64,000 nucleotides of DNA from Giardia intestinalis (taxonomy: Eukaryota), in NCBI GenBank assembly GCA_000002435.2, contig CM018793.1; one strand, given 5' to 3'. Position numbers and translations under genes: made by a program. Below are positions 19,851-30,264 of this stretch, piece after piece; position 1 is the first letter of the stretch, and each line of letters starts with the position of its first letter. The notes beneath the pieces are model-generated. The model was given only the letters and a program-made list of their open reading frames with translations, was not told where the DNA came from and made no database searches.

Positions 19851-22800
19851 ATGTCGCGTGGTGGAAGCCAGCTTGAAGGTTGGTTTTCGTGGGCGATTAA
19901 AGGCGACTATGAGAAAATAAAGGAGAACTCATATATCTATGCTCGGAAGACCACAGATCATGACATGACTGCCCTGATGTACGCGGCTGTCTATGGGCAC
20001 GTAGAGATAGTGAGGCTTCTTTCAACGTTAGAGCAAGGCATACGGAACAGTTACGGCTTTACTGCCTTAATGCTCTCTGTTCTACGCGATGATGTTGAAC
20101 CTTTTCAGATGACACCAGATGACATGAGCGAGAACACCCTTGCTTCAATAAATCGGCGGTATGACTATACAACTCGGAAAAGCCATCGACGGGAAATTAT
20201 GATGGAGCTAGTTGATGGCGAGCTGTCTATCCGAGACCCCAGAGGGCGTACTGCGCTAATGCTTGCCGTTGAACATGGAAACCGCGATGCAGTAGAGTTT
20301 CTTCTGAACAAGGGTGGCGAGATGACGACAGATTGTGGGTGGAATCCGCTTATGCATTCAATTATACGGCAAAACATGCACGAATTTAACAAACACTACG
20401 ACAGATACAGCAGAAAGCGGAATATGTCGCGGCAAACCCCCCTCATGCAGGCTGCTATGATGGGGAATATCTCTATGGTGGAGAAGCTAATAGACACTAG
20501 CACAAGAAAGCAGGACATCCGGGGCTTGACTGCACTAATGTATGCATCCAAGGTTAACGAGGTGGAAGTGCTTAATTTACTGAAGGAGAAGGAAAACAAG
20601 ATGACAGACAAGGCGGGGATGACTGCTCTCATGTATGCTGCGGCGCGGGGGTTTTCAGAAGCAGTGGCAGCGCTTAAAGACCTTGAACATGGTCAGAAGG
20701 ACTTGTATGGTTGGTCCTCGCTTATATATTCTTGTCTCTCCAATAATCTCCAGTCTGCAATGCTTTTGCGATCGGCAGAGTCTCACATAGTGGACAAGTC
20801 CGGCACCACCGCCCTTATGTACGCAGCTGTACTTAATAGGATTGATATTATACATATTCTCATGAACGATCTTATCCTAAAGACAGATGAAGATGGCACG
20901 ACCGCCCTTATGCATGCGGCTGTCTTCAACAGAACGGACGCGGTCCGGATATTGGCCAACTACGAGACCAAGCTCACAGATTCTAACGGTCTTACTGCGC
21001 TTCATCACGCAGTGACTCACAACCATATAGAAGTAGTCAAGCTATTGATTCCAAGTGAATATTCCATGCGGGATTCGTGTGGAAGGACGGCCTTGTACCG
21101 TGCGATTGAGCTGGGGTACCTGGGCCTTGTGCAAGTGCTTGGGCCAATGGAGAAGGATGGTCCCCTTCCCACTGGTTGGACGCGGTTGATGGTCTGCACT
21201 ATTGCAAACAAAGTTGACTGCTTTTCACAGTACATTCATGAAGCTAAGTCGTTCATTCCTACTGGGGAAACCGCACTGATACTAGCCGTCCAATACTCAA
21301 CACTTGTGACTATTCAGGCACTCTTGCAATATGAGGCAACCTTATCGAATAGCCGGACAGGTCGGACTTCACTCATGTATGCAGCCTCCCAGGGCCGTGA
21401 GGATGTGGTACCACTGCTTTTGCTCAGTGAGAAAATGATGCAGGACAAGGAGGGTTTAACGGCGACAATGATTGCTGTCATCTCTGGTAACACTTCTGTC
21501 TTGAAGGCATTACTGACCGTTCCTTTTAGCACTGGGCAGAGTCCTGCACCCTTTGAGGTAGGCATGAAAGACATATACGGTCAAACCGCTCTTATGAAAG
21601 CAGCAGTATTAGGAAATCGAGAAGCAGTGGAGATGCTGTTGCCATTTGAGTCAGGCCTACAAGACTGGAATGAAAGGTGTGCAATAATGTACGCGCAGAA
21701 TAGAGGACACGTTGATCTTGTCTCTATGTTACTTCCTTTCGAGGGGAAAATAAGGGATAAACTAGGAAACACATACCAATCATATAAGTTAGGCGAAGGT
21801 CTGGATTTTAAAGTACCTATGAGCGATCTAATAGTTAGCGGAGACCATACGTCGTCTGCGGCCTCAAGGGGCATTCGACTAGACTCCATACAAGAAGAGT
21901 CTGTCGATGTTTATAGAACTGCTCACACAGATGAGAACACCCATCTGACCTCACTTTCTGTGCGGCGAAACGACGTCGTGGAAGACGAGCACCAGTCAAT
22001 TATACGAATAGGGTTTAGCATGGATGGGAGCTCACGCGTTATTGAGGTGCCTAGGAGCATTGGAGATAGGTCTGGTACTGACCATCCCAACGCCAAGCGT
22101 GGGATTTTGTTAGACAGCACGATTGATGATTCTGATCAGCACTCTCTCGGGACTCCACGAATCATTCATGAGCAGAATTCAAGTAGGCTTACAGCGAGAA
22201 TTTCTTCCTTATTGGCTGCCTCTCCACATGTCGAGGACATCGACGCCCCTCTTCAGATACTTTCGAAGCAAACCATCAATAAGTTAGGTAAAGCCAGTGA
22301 AAGGCATGAGCTACCTGATTTAGAAGCCTACACAATTGAGCCAAACGCATCTCTCACAGACCCTACTACCTCTCAGAGTTTAGGCACTAGCGATTTTAGT
22401 TCTAAAAAGATGTTTCGGCCTAATTCAAATTCAACTAGAGAGCCCATCAAGGACACTAATTCGGCCATTTCGTATTTGTCGCAGCTGGTTCCAATGGTTC
22501 CAATTACTGAACACTCTCCTCCCAATGATCCTCCTGTCCCAAAGCCTGAGCGTTTGCTACCCACTGCAGAGTTTTCCAACTCTGTATCATCGGTTCCCAT
22601 TGTCGACGCTCCGACCAATATACCTTATGCACTTATTAGAGAAAACAACGTAATATATAGAATCCCTGTTCATAGTGGAGTGCAGCAGGCCACCGGAGCG
22701 TATCCTCCCTACACCTTCATGGAGAATATTACTCAGCCTTATCAACAAAACTTACCCTATCAAGCATTACCGTCGTTACCACAAATGCAATCACTATCAT

Positions 22801-23135
22801 CTCTGCAAACAAAGTATGAATTCCCACCGTTTCCTACAATTCCAGACGTTGCTTATCCATGTATAAACTACTCTGCCCCATTGCAATCTGCACACCCGGG
22901 TCCACAGCGAGTCAATCAGCAACCCAAGCCTCTCATGTTCTCCTCTATTCAGCCACTATCAACGCCCTCTGAGAAGGAATGTTGCACTCCTGAGTCCCGG
23001 GTTACGGTGCTTGCAAAGCCATGCAAACACATCTTTTCTCTACCCTGTGAAAAGATCGATAGTAACAATCTAAACTTAACTTGTCCTATTTGTCACAATG
23101 CAGTAACATGTATAATTCCCGAAAATAAGAATTAG
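19851..23135 (+). CDS. Ankyrin-repeat protein (21.1 family) with C-terminal Cys/His zinc-finger-like module
   Basis: About 17 ankyrin repeats in the N-terminal 650 aa. The C-terminus is PCKHIFSLPC...CPICH. ATG at 19851 preceded by aaaagagctaaaaaac. Confidence 0.75.
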   Translation: MSRGGSQLEGWFSWAIKGDYEKIKENSYIYARKTTDHDMTALMYAAVYGHVEIVRLLSTLEQGIRNSYGFTALMLSVLRDDVEPFQMTPDDMSENTLASINRRYDYTTRKSHRREIMMELVDGELSIRDPRGRTALMLAVEHGNRDAVEFLLNKGGEMTTDCGWNPLMHSIIRQNMHEFNKHYDRYSRKRNMSRQTPLMQAAMMGNISMVEKLIDTSTRKQDIRGLTALMYASKVNEVEVLNLLKEKENKMTDKAGMTALMYAAARGFSEAVAALKDLEHGQKDLYGWSSLIYSCLSNNLQSAMLLRSAESHIVDKSGTTALMYAAVLNRIDIIHILMNDLILKTDEDGTTALMHAAVFNRTDAVRILANYETKLTDSNGLTALHHAVTHNHIEVVKLLIPSEYSMRDSCGRTALYRAIELGYLGLVQVLGPMEKDGPLPTGWTRLMVCTIANKVDCFSQYIHEAKSFIPTGETALILAVQYSTLVTIQALLQYEATLSNSRTGRTSLMYAASQGREDVVPLLLLSEKMMQDKEGLTATMIAVISGNTSVLKALLTVPFSTGQSPAPFEVGMKDIYGQTALMKAAVLGNREAVEMLLPFESGLQDWNERCAIMYAQNRGHVDLVSMLLPFEGKIRDKLGNTYQSYKLGEGLDFKVPMSDLIVSGDHTSSAASRGIRLDSIQEESVDVYRTAHTDENTHLTSLSVRRNDVVEDEHQSIIRIGFSMDGSSRVIEVPRSIGDRSGTDHPNAKRGILLDSTIDDSDQHSLGTPRIIHEQNSSRLTARISSLLAASPHVEDIDAPLQILSKQTINKLGKASERHELPDLEAYTIEPNASLTDPTTSQSLGTSDFSSKKMFRPNSNSTREPIKDTNSAISYLSQLVPMVPITEHSPPNDPPVPKPERLLPTAEFSNSVSSVPIVDAPTNIPYALIRENNVIYRIPVHSGVQQATGAYPPYTFMENITQPYQQNLPYQALPSLPQMQSLSSLQTKYEFPPFPTIPDVAYPCINYSAPLQSAHPGPQRVNQQPKPLMFSSIQPLSTPSEKECCTPESRVTVLAKPCKHIFSLPCEKIDSNNLNLTCPICHNAVTCIIPENKN

Positions 23136-23191
23136 TCTTTTCGGTGTAAACTTATAGATATAAGTTTGGACTCCTCTAGATATTAAAACCT

Positions 23192-25051
23192 ATGCTCCAA
23201 GTAATCAGTCGCACAGCTCTTTCGGATGCTTCACCAGAAGGCAAAGTACTTTCCACTACACCAATAGGCAACTGTACTGTGTCACAACTTGCGCTAAATG
23301 CGGAATCTTTGTCCTCACTAAAATACCTGCTCCTTTCCCTTGTCCAAGGTTCGTCCCCAGATAAGATAAAGCATTTCGAAGAACAGCTTCAAGCTATGAT
23401 GGAGGACGTGCACCTAGTTCCATACATAAGTATGTTCATTAGTGATGGGGCTTTACCAGTGTTTCGTAAAGCTTTCAACTTTACGTTATATCCAATGTTT
23501 CATATTGAACTCTGTCACAAGACGCTGGAGAATGCCTGGACAGGCATTGAGAATGAATACTCTCTTAGGTTGGGACCACTTGAGCCACTTCTGTCATTCC
23601 GAACTCGCAGCACCTATCTCTCAAGTGGAGTCTCTTCAACCCTGGGTAAGATACATCTGGCTGGATACATTTTCCTCAGCAAGCATGCACTTTTAGCCCC
23701 GTTATACTTTGCTTCTACGGTTTCTCTTGAACTCTTTGCAAATAAGCCAGGCACCAACGTCACCAGACCAATCATTGCTTATAGAATACCAGTATCGGAC
23801 TTCATCGCACAGACAGAGAGAACACATACTATTCCAGTCGACTCGACGGTGGAAGTTAGAATTACATACTGTGGACAGCATGCTCCGGGCCACCTTTGCA
23901 ACCTTTCACGCTCTTCCTTGACTCTCCCAACTTCTCCAGTCGCCAACGCGTTGCCAATTCTGGGCCACAGGGGCTGTGGAAGCAATAAGATTCACTTTGG
24001 ACAAAAAGCACCAATACTGGAGAATACGCCCTTGTCCATACTGACAGCTCGCCAAATGGGTTGCGTAGGAAGCGAGTTGGATATCATTCTAACTAAAGAT
24101 ATGGTCCCTGTGATTAATCATGACTTTGAGTTGAATGTTATCGCCGACACAATTCTACAGTCTAAAATCAGTCTCCCTATACCATGTATGTTGTACCATG
24201 AGATTGCTAATCTAGAAAATCCCAGAGGAATAAAGGCAGTCGGTCATGAGCGTAATCTTTTCTCTTCGAAGCATCTTTCTGGGCGCTCAACTTCTGCTCC
24301 ACTTATGCGTTATCACACTAAGTGTACAGAGATTCTAATAGATCACGAACCTAAGGAAGCTTTCCACAATGCATTGACAGAAGAAGTGTTAAAACAGAAT
24401 CCTGACTGTGGTGAAGAGCACAGGGTTTCATACCCGGTCATAACGGAGCAGAAGCGTCTGTATACGCTTGCTGAAATACTAGAACAGTGCACGGATATGA
24501 TACTGAACATTGAGCTCAAGTACCCCTCCAGGTTTTCGCCTTACAGTACACTCTATCCGTCAAGACTGGCTCTAGTGAAAGTAGTCCTGGATACTCTCAA
24601 TAACAAAGCTCAGATGAATAGTTCAAAAGCACCGAGAGTATTCATATCATCATTTGATTCTATTATCTGTATCTTAGTGAAGCTCTTAGCACCATCTATC
24701 CCTGTCTTCTTGTTATTCTTGGGAGACAATGAAACGGTAGCTCCTTATATGGATGTAGACCTAACTGTTCCTAGTCAATTATTCTCAGAAGATGCTATAT
24801 CTGTTGTCAGCTCCATAAATCTAACTGGAGTGGTTCTCTGGAAAGATATACTAAGCGTTCAAACAGGACCCATGTGTCTGTACGAGTATGCACACCACCA
24901 TGGGCTCACTATCTTAACATATGGGACTGCAGTGGGTGAAGCTATACAGGATCAACAAGACAAGGGGGTCTCTGCCTTAATATGTGACCTTTGCCATTAT
25001 CAGGGGCTCACCGTCTCTGAATCTTTAAATGTGGAGCGCAGAACTTACTAA
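23192..25051 (+). CDS. Glycerophosphodiester phosphodiesterase family protein
   Basis: GP-PDE motifs are present: GHRGCG, ENTPLS, GSELDIILTKDMVPVINHD. Confidence 0.7.
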   Translation: MLQVISRTALSDASPEGKVLSTTPIGNCTVSQLALNAESLSSLKYLLLSLVQGSSPDKIKHFEEQLQAMMEDVHLVPYISMFISDGALPVFRKAFNFTLYPMFHIELCHKTLENAWTGIENEYSLRLGPLEPLLSFRTRSTYLSSGVSSTLGKIHLAGYIFLSKHALLAPLYFASTVSLELFANKPGTNVTRPIIAYRIPVSDFIAQTERTHTIPVDSTVEVRITYCGQHAPGHLCNLSRSSLTLPTSPVANALPILGHRGCGSNKIHFGQKAPILENTPLSILTARQMGCVGSELDIILTKDMVPVINHDFELNVIADTILQSKISLPIPCMLYHEIANLENPRGIKAVGHERNLFSSKHLSGRSTSAPLMRYHTKCTEILIDHEPKEAFHNALTEEVLKQNPDCGEEHRVSYPVITEQKRLYTLAEILEQCTDMILNIELKYPSRFSPYSTLYPSRLALVKVVLDTLNNKAQMNSSKAPRVFISSFDSIICILVKLLAPSIPVFLLFLGDNETVAPYMDVDLTVPSQLFSEDAISVVSSINLTGVVLWKDILSVQTGPMCLYEYAHHHGLTILTYGTAVGEAIQDQQDKGVSALICDLCHYQGLTVSESLNVERRTY

Positions 25052-25149
25052 CTTATCAACATATTGATCACTAGGTAATGTAGACAGACAATAATCACCT
25101 ATGGCTTGTCGGCTTTATGATCGCTATCAAAGTATAAAACTCAGGGGTG

Positions 25150-25177
25150 TGACAATTGTAGAGTGACAATTGTAGAG
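25150..25177. repeat. Tandem 2 x 14 bp repeat (tgacaattgtagag) in an AT-rich convergent intergenic region
   Basis: Direct inspection: the same 14-mer occupies 25150-25163 and 25164-25177. Confidence 0.8.
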
Positions 25178-25312
25178 ATTGATTGATAGATATATCAAAA
25201 ACCTTTTCAAAATAAACTACTATAATCAGGGTCTTTTATATTCATGCCAATTAACCTTCAATTAGATTGAGCGAATTCATAAGTGATGAAAAGCCACCAA
25301 ACAGAGGGCCGA

Positions 25313-25936
25313 CTAATATAAGTCTAAAACGGATTCACAAGGAATGTCGCCAAGATTGATATGTGCCCAACTAACATCAACCAATCCATCCTTGAATAGA
25401 GACACGTTGTAGATAGCATTAAGAGTCGACAGTCGTTGTCCACACAGTGCCTCCAGAGCAAACTCTGCGTAGATTCTGTGCTTGAAATGAACTACAAGGG
25501 TGGTAACAAGACTATACTCAGTAACGGGGCCAATATGCTTGCAGATAGCCAACATTCCTTGCTGGTTTGCAGGCTTTTCAAAGACTATGGAGCTATTCCT
25601 CCCTAAAAATGAAGCTGGTCCCAATGCAGAGCGTTGCCGGCCAAATATATCGACGCTATGGGGCAGTTCTTCATCTTGGACTGCTGGAAGTCTGTGAAGC
25701 CGACGACAAGTTGCCCCTCTTGAGCATCTGCCTCGGGCATAGTCTAGGCACACTGGTGGTACTGTGGCTTTTGTTGTGGAGCTATCCTTAAACGGATTCA
25801 GGCAGGTTTCGCGCTCTACACCCCTAGTTGGCCTTCCACTAATGCTATCATAAAACAGGTTGTACACCCCCGCACCCGTTGCACTCTCTGCGCCTATCTT
25901 GCTTTGTTGATTTGTGGGACAACAACTCTTTGCCAT
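25313..25936 (-). CDS. CCCH zinc-finger protein with possible RRM-like C-terminal region
   Basis: C-x7-C-x5-C-x3-H (CLDYARGRCSRGATCRRLH). First ATG at 25936; the ORF track start at 25957 is TTG. Confidence 0.5.
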   Translation of the reverse strand: MAKSCCPTNQQSKIGAESATGAGVYNLFYDSISGRPTRGVERETCLNPFKDSSTTKATVPPVCLDYARGRCSRGATCRRLHRLPAVQDEELPHSVDIFGRQRSALGPASFLGRNSSIVFEKPANQQGMLAICKHIGPVTEYSLVTTLVVHFKHRIYAEFALEALCGQRLSTLNAIYNVSLFKDGLVDVSWAHINLGDIPCESVLDLY

Positions 25937-26002
25937 TTCTCCCAGAGTGCTTTTCAAAAATTAAGAGGAAGAAGAGGAAGTTGTGCATTTTAGATCTTGC
26001 AT

Positions 26003-26893
26003 ATGACAACTAAGAAAGCTAAAGTAGAGCCTAAGCTGCTAACACATGAACATTTTGATCCTCTACACTTGGCGTACAGCGGGACTACCTTGAGCCAAAT
26101 TCAGAAAGACATTGCCTCTCTCCTCCAACACCGTCTATGTCCCGAGAAATCTCTTCTAGACGATGCACTTCTGTCATACTTCACCGAATTTGCCTATACA
26201 TGCAAGCTTAACTCAATTCCATATCACAAGTTCTACTATGCTCACCGGCTTTCTCGCCTCTTGCTACACATCATCAGCACTGGGGAATATAATATAGATG
26301 AGCTCAGAGCTGCACTGTTGTCAAAGTTAAACAATCTCCAGAGTCCACTTGTCGGTCTGACCTATGACTTGAGTGACATAACCAATACAGAGTATGAGAA
26401 CGCCTCTGACCCCTTAATATTTGACGATAACCACGATCCTGTCATATATAGGGACCATCTGATGGCTGTGGAGTGCTATAATACACTCACTGGCATTAAT
26501 AAGCAATCTCCAGAACCTACAGGACAGGTCAAGCCAGGAGCCAAATCAAAAGCTCCTCCAATAGAAGCAAAGCGATATGCATTTACTCTAAGCCCGCAAG
26601 AGGCAGACTTGCTTGCACAACTGTACAGCCCGCTGCTACAGTGCCATATGTTATGGAGACAGTGCTTTGTGCATCAGAAAGTGTTTATAAGAGGGACTGA
26701 GCACGTGCCTGTTCCGAATAATCCGCAGATACTGTCACTTCCTCCTTTGGCCGGTGCATATCCGTACAGAAAGCTCTCACCTCTTGATGCAAAGATAGTG
26801 AGTGTGGCTCGTCCAAAAGCGGCAGAGCTGTATCGAGACATGAAGAAGTTCATAGAATCTAAAGCGATTGCATCAACTGAAGGATCTCAGTGA
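26003..26893 (+). CDS. Hypothetical protein (296 aa)
   Basis: ORF with ATG at 26003 (the track start is TTG). No recognisable motif. Confidence 0.45.
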   Translation: MTTKKAKVEPKLLTHEHFDPLHLAYSGTTLSQIQKDIASLLQHRLCPEKSLLDDALLSYFTEFAYTCKLNSIPYHKFYYAHRLSRLLLHIISTGEYNIDELRAALLSKLNNLQSPLVGLTYDLSDITNTEYENASDPLIFDDNHDPVIYRDHLMAVECYNTLTGINKQSPEPTGQVKPGAKSKAPPIEAKRYAFTLSPQEADLLAQLYSPLLQCHMLWRQCFVHQKVFIRGTEHVPVPNNPQILSLPPLAGAYPYRKLSPLDAKIVSVARPKAAELYRDMKKFIESKAIASTEGSQ

Positions 26894-26982
26894 ATGGGTC
26901 CCCTTGTCATTGAGTTTAGATTAGTGGACTAAGTGGACTGGCAGATTGACAGATTGGCAAACCCAGTTCTCAGTTCTCAGAG

Positions 26983-28374
26983 TCATGTGGCATATGCATC
27001 AGCTCCATAGCAATCAGCTACATTGATAAGTACGGTGCCCCTTGTTTCCACGTGACAGAGCTGGCAAAACTCTCCAACAAGACGCCTCTCCTTGTTTTGA
27101 AACGTATAGTGACAACAGGGCAGCCTCAAAATGCATTGGAATCCAGTAGGGCAATAGTTAGGGAGGTTACGCATCACTGAGATCTTGATTGATCGCTCCA
27201 CTCCGTTGCGCAGCTCACTGATGCGTGCCTTCTTTGCGGCCAGGTCGTTGTGAAGTATTTGCCGAGTAGAGTCATAAATTCGTATTAGTTCTATTATGTT
27301 TTCACGATCAATATATGTTGAAATATTAGAGCTACTACCGAGGGCCGAGGGCCTAACAGACCTTGCTGTCAGGGCACCTTTGGTGTCAGATAAATTAGAA
27401 AGGGCAAGCCTGTCCTTTGGGAGATTCCGTGCACTTTTTGACTCGACTGCATGCTGAACTACTTGGGAGTTACCCATTGTCTCAAAAGAGCTGTTAGAGA
27501 TATCAAGCTTTGGTACAACCGCTTTCTTCGCCTGAGCTGAAGAGTGATAGCTATGAGATACTGATGTAGATTTCCTGGGGGTACTTACTGGACTACTAAG
27601 GACAGTGATCATCCTGTTAATCCCTCCGGAAACACTTGTCATATTATTTAGTTGCTTATCAAACCTGGCACTATAGTTTAGGGCATGCCGCTCTTCGCTA
27701 TAAGATAGAGGCGCATACATCTTCTTCTCCCGTCTTTCTGACCGTAGCTGATGCGTCTTGAGAATAAGAGGTTCGGCCTCCTCGCCATTGACACGAGTCT
27801 TCAAGGGTAGTAACAATTTGATATACTGCTTGATGCTGCACTTCTTATCATGAATGTCTCGCGGCGTGATTGGGTGTGCTCGTTCAACGGTGTTGCCAGA
27901 TTTCTCTATGACAGGCTCATCTCCCTGTGGGGTGTTACCTCTTACAGTCGTGGTACTGAAAGATAAATTGGAAGCCAGAATAGAAGGGAGCGAAAGATCA
28001 CGCAAACGGTTGGGCGTATCCTGACGTTGGTCTTTGAAAATAGTAGGATGATCAATGCTTGGCTGATAGCCTGTCAGAGACTGGTTACTCTTTGGAGACG
28101 ATGCTTCTTTATTACATAAATCCGGAGCAATGCCTATAACTTCTTTAGCTCCACGAACAGATGATGAACACTGTTCTCGACTGAATGATTTGATCGATTG
28201 TAGGGTCGTAGTTGCCAGTTCAGAAGACTTAGCAGGCGAATTCCCCATCTTTGCAATCTCAGTAACCTCGCCTAACGTTCCTTTCTGCATGGGTAAGAGC
28301 AACAAAAGCGCCAAATAAATCCTGCCTCCTTTGCCGTAAAATTTATATCCCATGGAACTGGATTTCGGTACCAT
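26983..28374 (-). CDS. Ser/Thr-rich coiled-coil protein with C-terminal Cys/His (C-P-x-G-F...LPCCHY...C-x2-C-H) module; paralog of 35466..36827
   Basis: The C-terminal 60 aa align with the C-terminus of the 35466..36827 product. An alternative ATG at 28353 sits inside the palindromic CCATGG shared with the divergent plus-strand gene. Confidence 0.5.
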   Translation of the reverse strand: MVPKSSSMGYKFYGKGGRIYLALLLLLPMQKGTLGEVTEIAKMGNSPAKSSELATTTLQSIKSFSREQCSSSVRGAKEVIGIAPDLCNKEASSPKSNQSLTGYQPSIDHPTIFKDQRQDTPNRLRDLSLPSILASNLSFSTTTVRGNTPQGDEPVIEKSGNTVERAHPITPRDIHDKKCSIKQYIKLLLPLKTRVNGEEAEPLILKTHQLRSERREKKMYAPLSYSEERHALNYSARFDKQLNNMTSVSGGINRMITVLSSPVSTPRKSTSVSHSYHSSAQAKKAVVPKLDISNSSFETMGNSQVVQHAVESKSARNLPKDRLALSNLSDTKGALTARSVRPSALGSSSNISTYIDRENIIELIRIYDSTRQILHNDLAAKKARISELRNGVERSIKISVMRNLPNYCPTGFQCILRLPCCHYTFQNKERRLVGEFCQLCHVETRGTVLINVADCYGADAYAT

Positions 28375-29245
28375 TGCACCGCGCCTGCGTACTATGGGCC
28401 TTCATATAACCATCCAGGAACAGAATATGATAGATGCCGCATTTCCCTGGTTGCTTCACGAATTTTCTCTGGAGCACGTGCAATATTTTGGGAAGATACA
28501 CACCTTGCTTCCAGATCCATATTTAATTGTTAGAGGGTTCAGGGAGGCCGTGGCAATTCCGGTTTTCTTGGTTTCCATAAATGGAGTTGATTGGATAGAG
28601 CTCCCTCTTGTTGATGAAAAGGTCTTGGAAGCCCTTGATGCCATAGGCTACGGGCTCACGTGCCAAAGACCTTTTACAGGAAAGTTAATGGAGCTGCTTC
28701 CTAGACCGGAGGAAGAAGAGGAGGAAGAAGAACAAGAGGAGCAGGAAGAGCAGGAGGAACAGGGGGAGGACCAAGGTGAAGAAGGAGAAGAGACTACTCC
28801 AATCAAAAAGGAACCAAAGCCAAAGAAAGAAAAGCCTATTAAGCCTACCGAGGCACATAGACTCAGTGTCTGCATAAATGAAATCCAGGCTCACTTACAG
28901 TTGATCATACCAGCAGCATACTCTAAGAGAGGATCTCAGCCTGCCCGCAATGCAACATTTCGGGGCCTCACAGCGGCAAGCAGCAAGAGCATTGCTATTA
29001 AAAGTGAGTATCTGGCCTTCCTGGAATCGGGCTACAGGGGGACAATAGAGGATTGCCCAACAATTGCAGACTATCCGAACAGCTTCATCTACCCGAGTAC
29101 ATTCGATCCAATAACAAACTGCCTCATAGTTTCAAGCCGTTTTTGGCCTGGATGCATTTACTATGTCTTCGCGCGTACACTTATCTGGGGATCGGCATAT
29201 GAAGGGACAGGATTGATGAATTGCAACGTACACTTAGAAATGTAG
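28352..29245 (+). CDS. Hypothetical acidic protein with poly-Glu/Gln and Lys/Pro-rich linker
   Basis: ATG preceded by gccgtaaaatttatatccc. The low-complexity stretch (E8-QEEQEEQEEQGEDQGEEGEE) is encoded by a GAG-rich tract at about 28700-28800. Confidence 0.5.
   Translation: MELDFGTIAPRLRTMGLHITIQEQNMIDAAFPWLLHEFSLEHVQYFGKIHTLLPDPYLIVRGFREAVAIPVFLVSINGVDWIELPLVDEKVLEALDAIGYGLTCQRPFTGKLMELLPRPEEEEEEEEQEEQEEQEEQGEDQGEEGEETTPIKKEPKPKKEKPIKPTEAHRLSVCINEIQAHLQLIIPAAYSKRGSQPARNATFRGLTAASSKSIAIKSEYLAFLESGYRGTIEDCPTIADYPNSFIYPSTFDPITNCLIVSSRFWPGCIYYVFARTLIWGSAYEGTGLMNCNVHLEM
28690..28800. repeat. GAG/GAA-rich low-complexity coding tract (poly-Glu)
   Basis: Direct inspection. It also creates a Ser/Cys-rich antisense shadow ORF. 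Confidence 0.7.
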
Positions 29246-29439
29246 GTATGTAAATTGCATTACTATTTGCATTAGTATCACTCTCGTGAACAACTGAATA
29301 GCTTACTTGTGTCTATGGCTTTCGGGCAGCACAAACTCCTTCTGTTAAGAATCTGTGTTAATCAAGTGATGTGTGGGACAGCTCTTTACTTCCTAAGATT
29401 GCACTATTAAATCTGTACTATTCCAAATTCAAAAAGCCC

Positions 29440-30171
29440 ATGGCGCGTTTAATTTTCATTGGTCTAGAAGCCACTGGGAAAACAGCTGCTTTTCATAATA
29501 TTACTGGCCAGAGAAACTATATGACGACACGTGAGACAGTCGGGATTAATACCTCCACATTTAGTGTTAGAGGCACAGGCTGTAGGTCGCAGGACATCTC
29601 CATAACACTAGTGGATTTGGGCGGCAGTGAAAAGATTCGCGACCTTTGGTCTAGTCAGTTCTTCGACACGTCTGGTGCACTCTATTTCATCCGGGACCCA
29701 GATACCCTCGATCTGGCTGTGCAGCTACTACTCAATATTCTCACCACAACCAGCTTTCCACTCCACATACTCATCAATAATCAAGAGGCAAGTACTGCTT
29801 CGAGGCTGGAAGCAGTGATTAAGGAACTTCTCGACGAGCATTCACCATCACGACCGTTGCTGTGCTGCTCTATCTGTGATATATCTGTAAGATACCGCAA
29901 AAATAAGACCCTCATAAGTATCATGAAAAGCTTAGGTCTCGCTGCTCATACCTACTATGTGGCAAATCGCGAAGAGATCATATTGCAGCAGAGAGATGCC
30001 CTTATGACATCCTTTCATCTTAACCTTTCTACAGAAGAGCGGAAACAAAAACTATTGGAACTCAGACAGCAACACAATTCAATGGATCCCCAGGAACAGG
30101 ATGCAGCAGAGACCCAGGAAGCGAAGGAAATTCAGATTCTAACACCAACTATGTTTACAACGTCTGTGTAA
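29440..30171 (+). CDS. ARF-like (ARL) small GTPase, divergent, with C-terminal extension
   Basis: P-loop GLEATGKT and switch II VDLGGSEKIRDLW (the canonical Gln is Ser here). NNQE stands in place of NKxD. First ATG at 29440; the track start is GTG. Confidence 0.55.
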   Translation: MARLIFIGLEATGKTAAFHNITGQRNYMTTRETVGINTSTFSVRGTGCRSQDISITLVDLGGSEKIRDLWSSQFFDTSGALYFIRDPDTLDLAVQLLLNILTTTSFPLHILINNQEASTASRLEAVIKELLDEHSPSRPLLCCSICDISVRYRKNKTLISIMKSLGLAAHTYYVANREEIILQQRDALMTSFHLNLSTEERKQKLLELRQQHNSMDPQEQDAAETQEAKEIQILTPTMFTTSV

Positions 30172-30264
30172 GACAATCTACGATCTTATCTTAAGTGAGG
30201 AGCAGATAGTAAAGAAAACTGTCAGATTGTTAAAAGAAAGGCAGACCACAGGCAAAGCATCTAC

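Noticed and set aside
28648-28894. Minus-strand Ser/Cys-rich and Leu/Phe-rich ORFs
   Set aside because: Reverse-complement artefacts of the GAG-repeat poly-Glu tract of the plus-strand gene.
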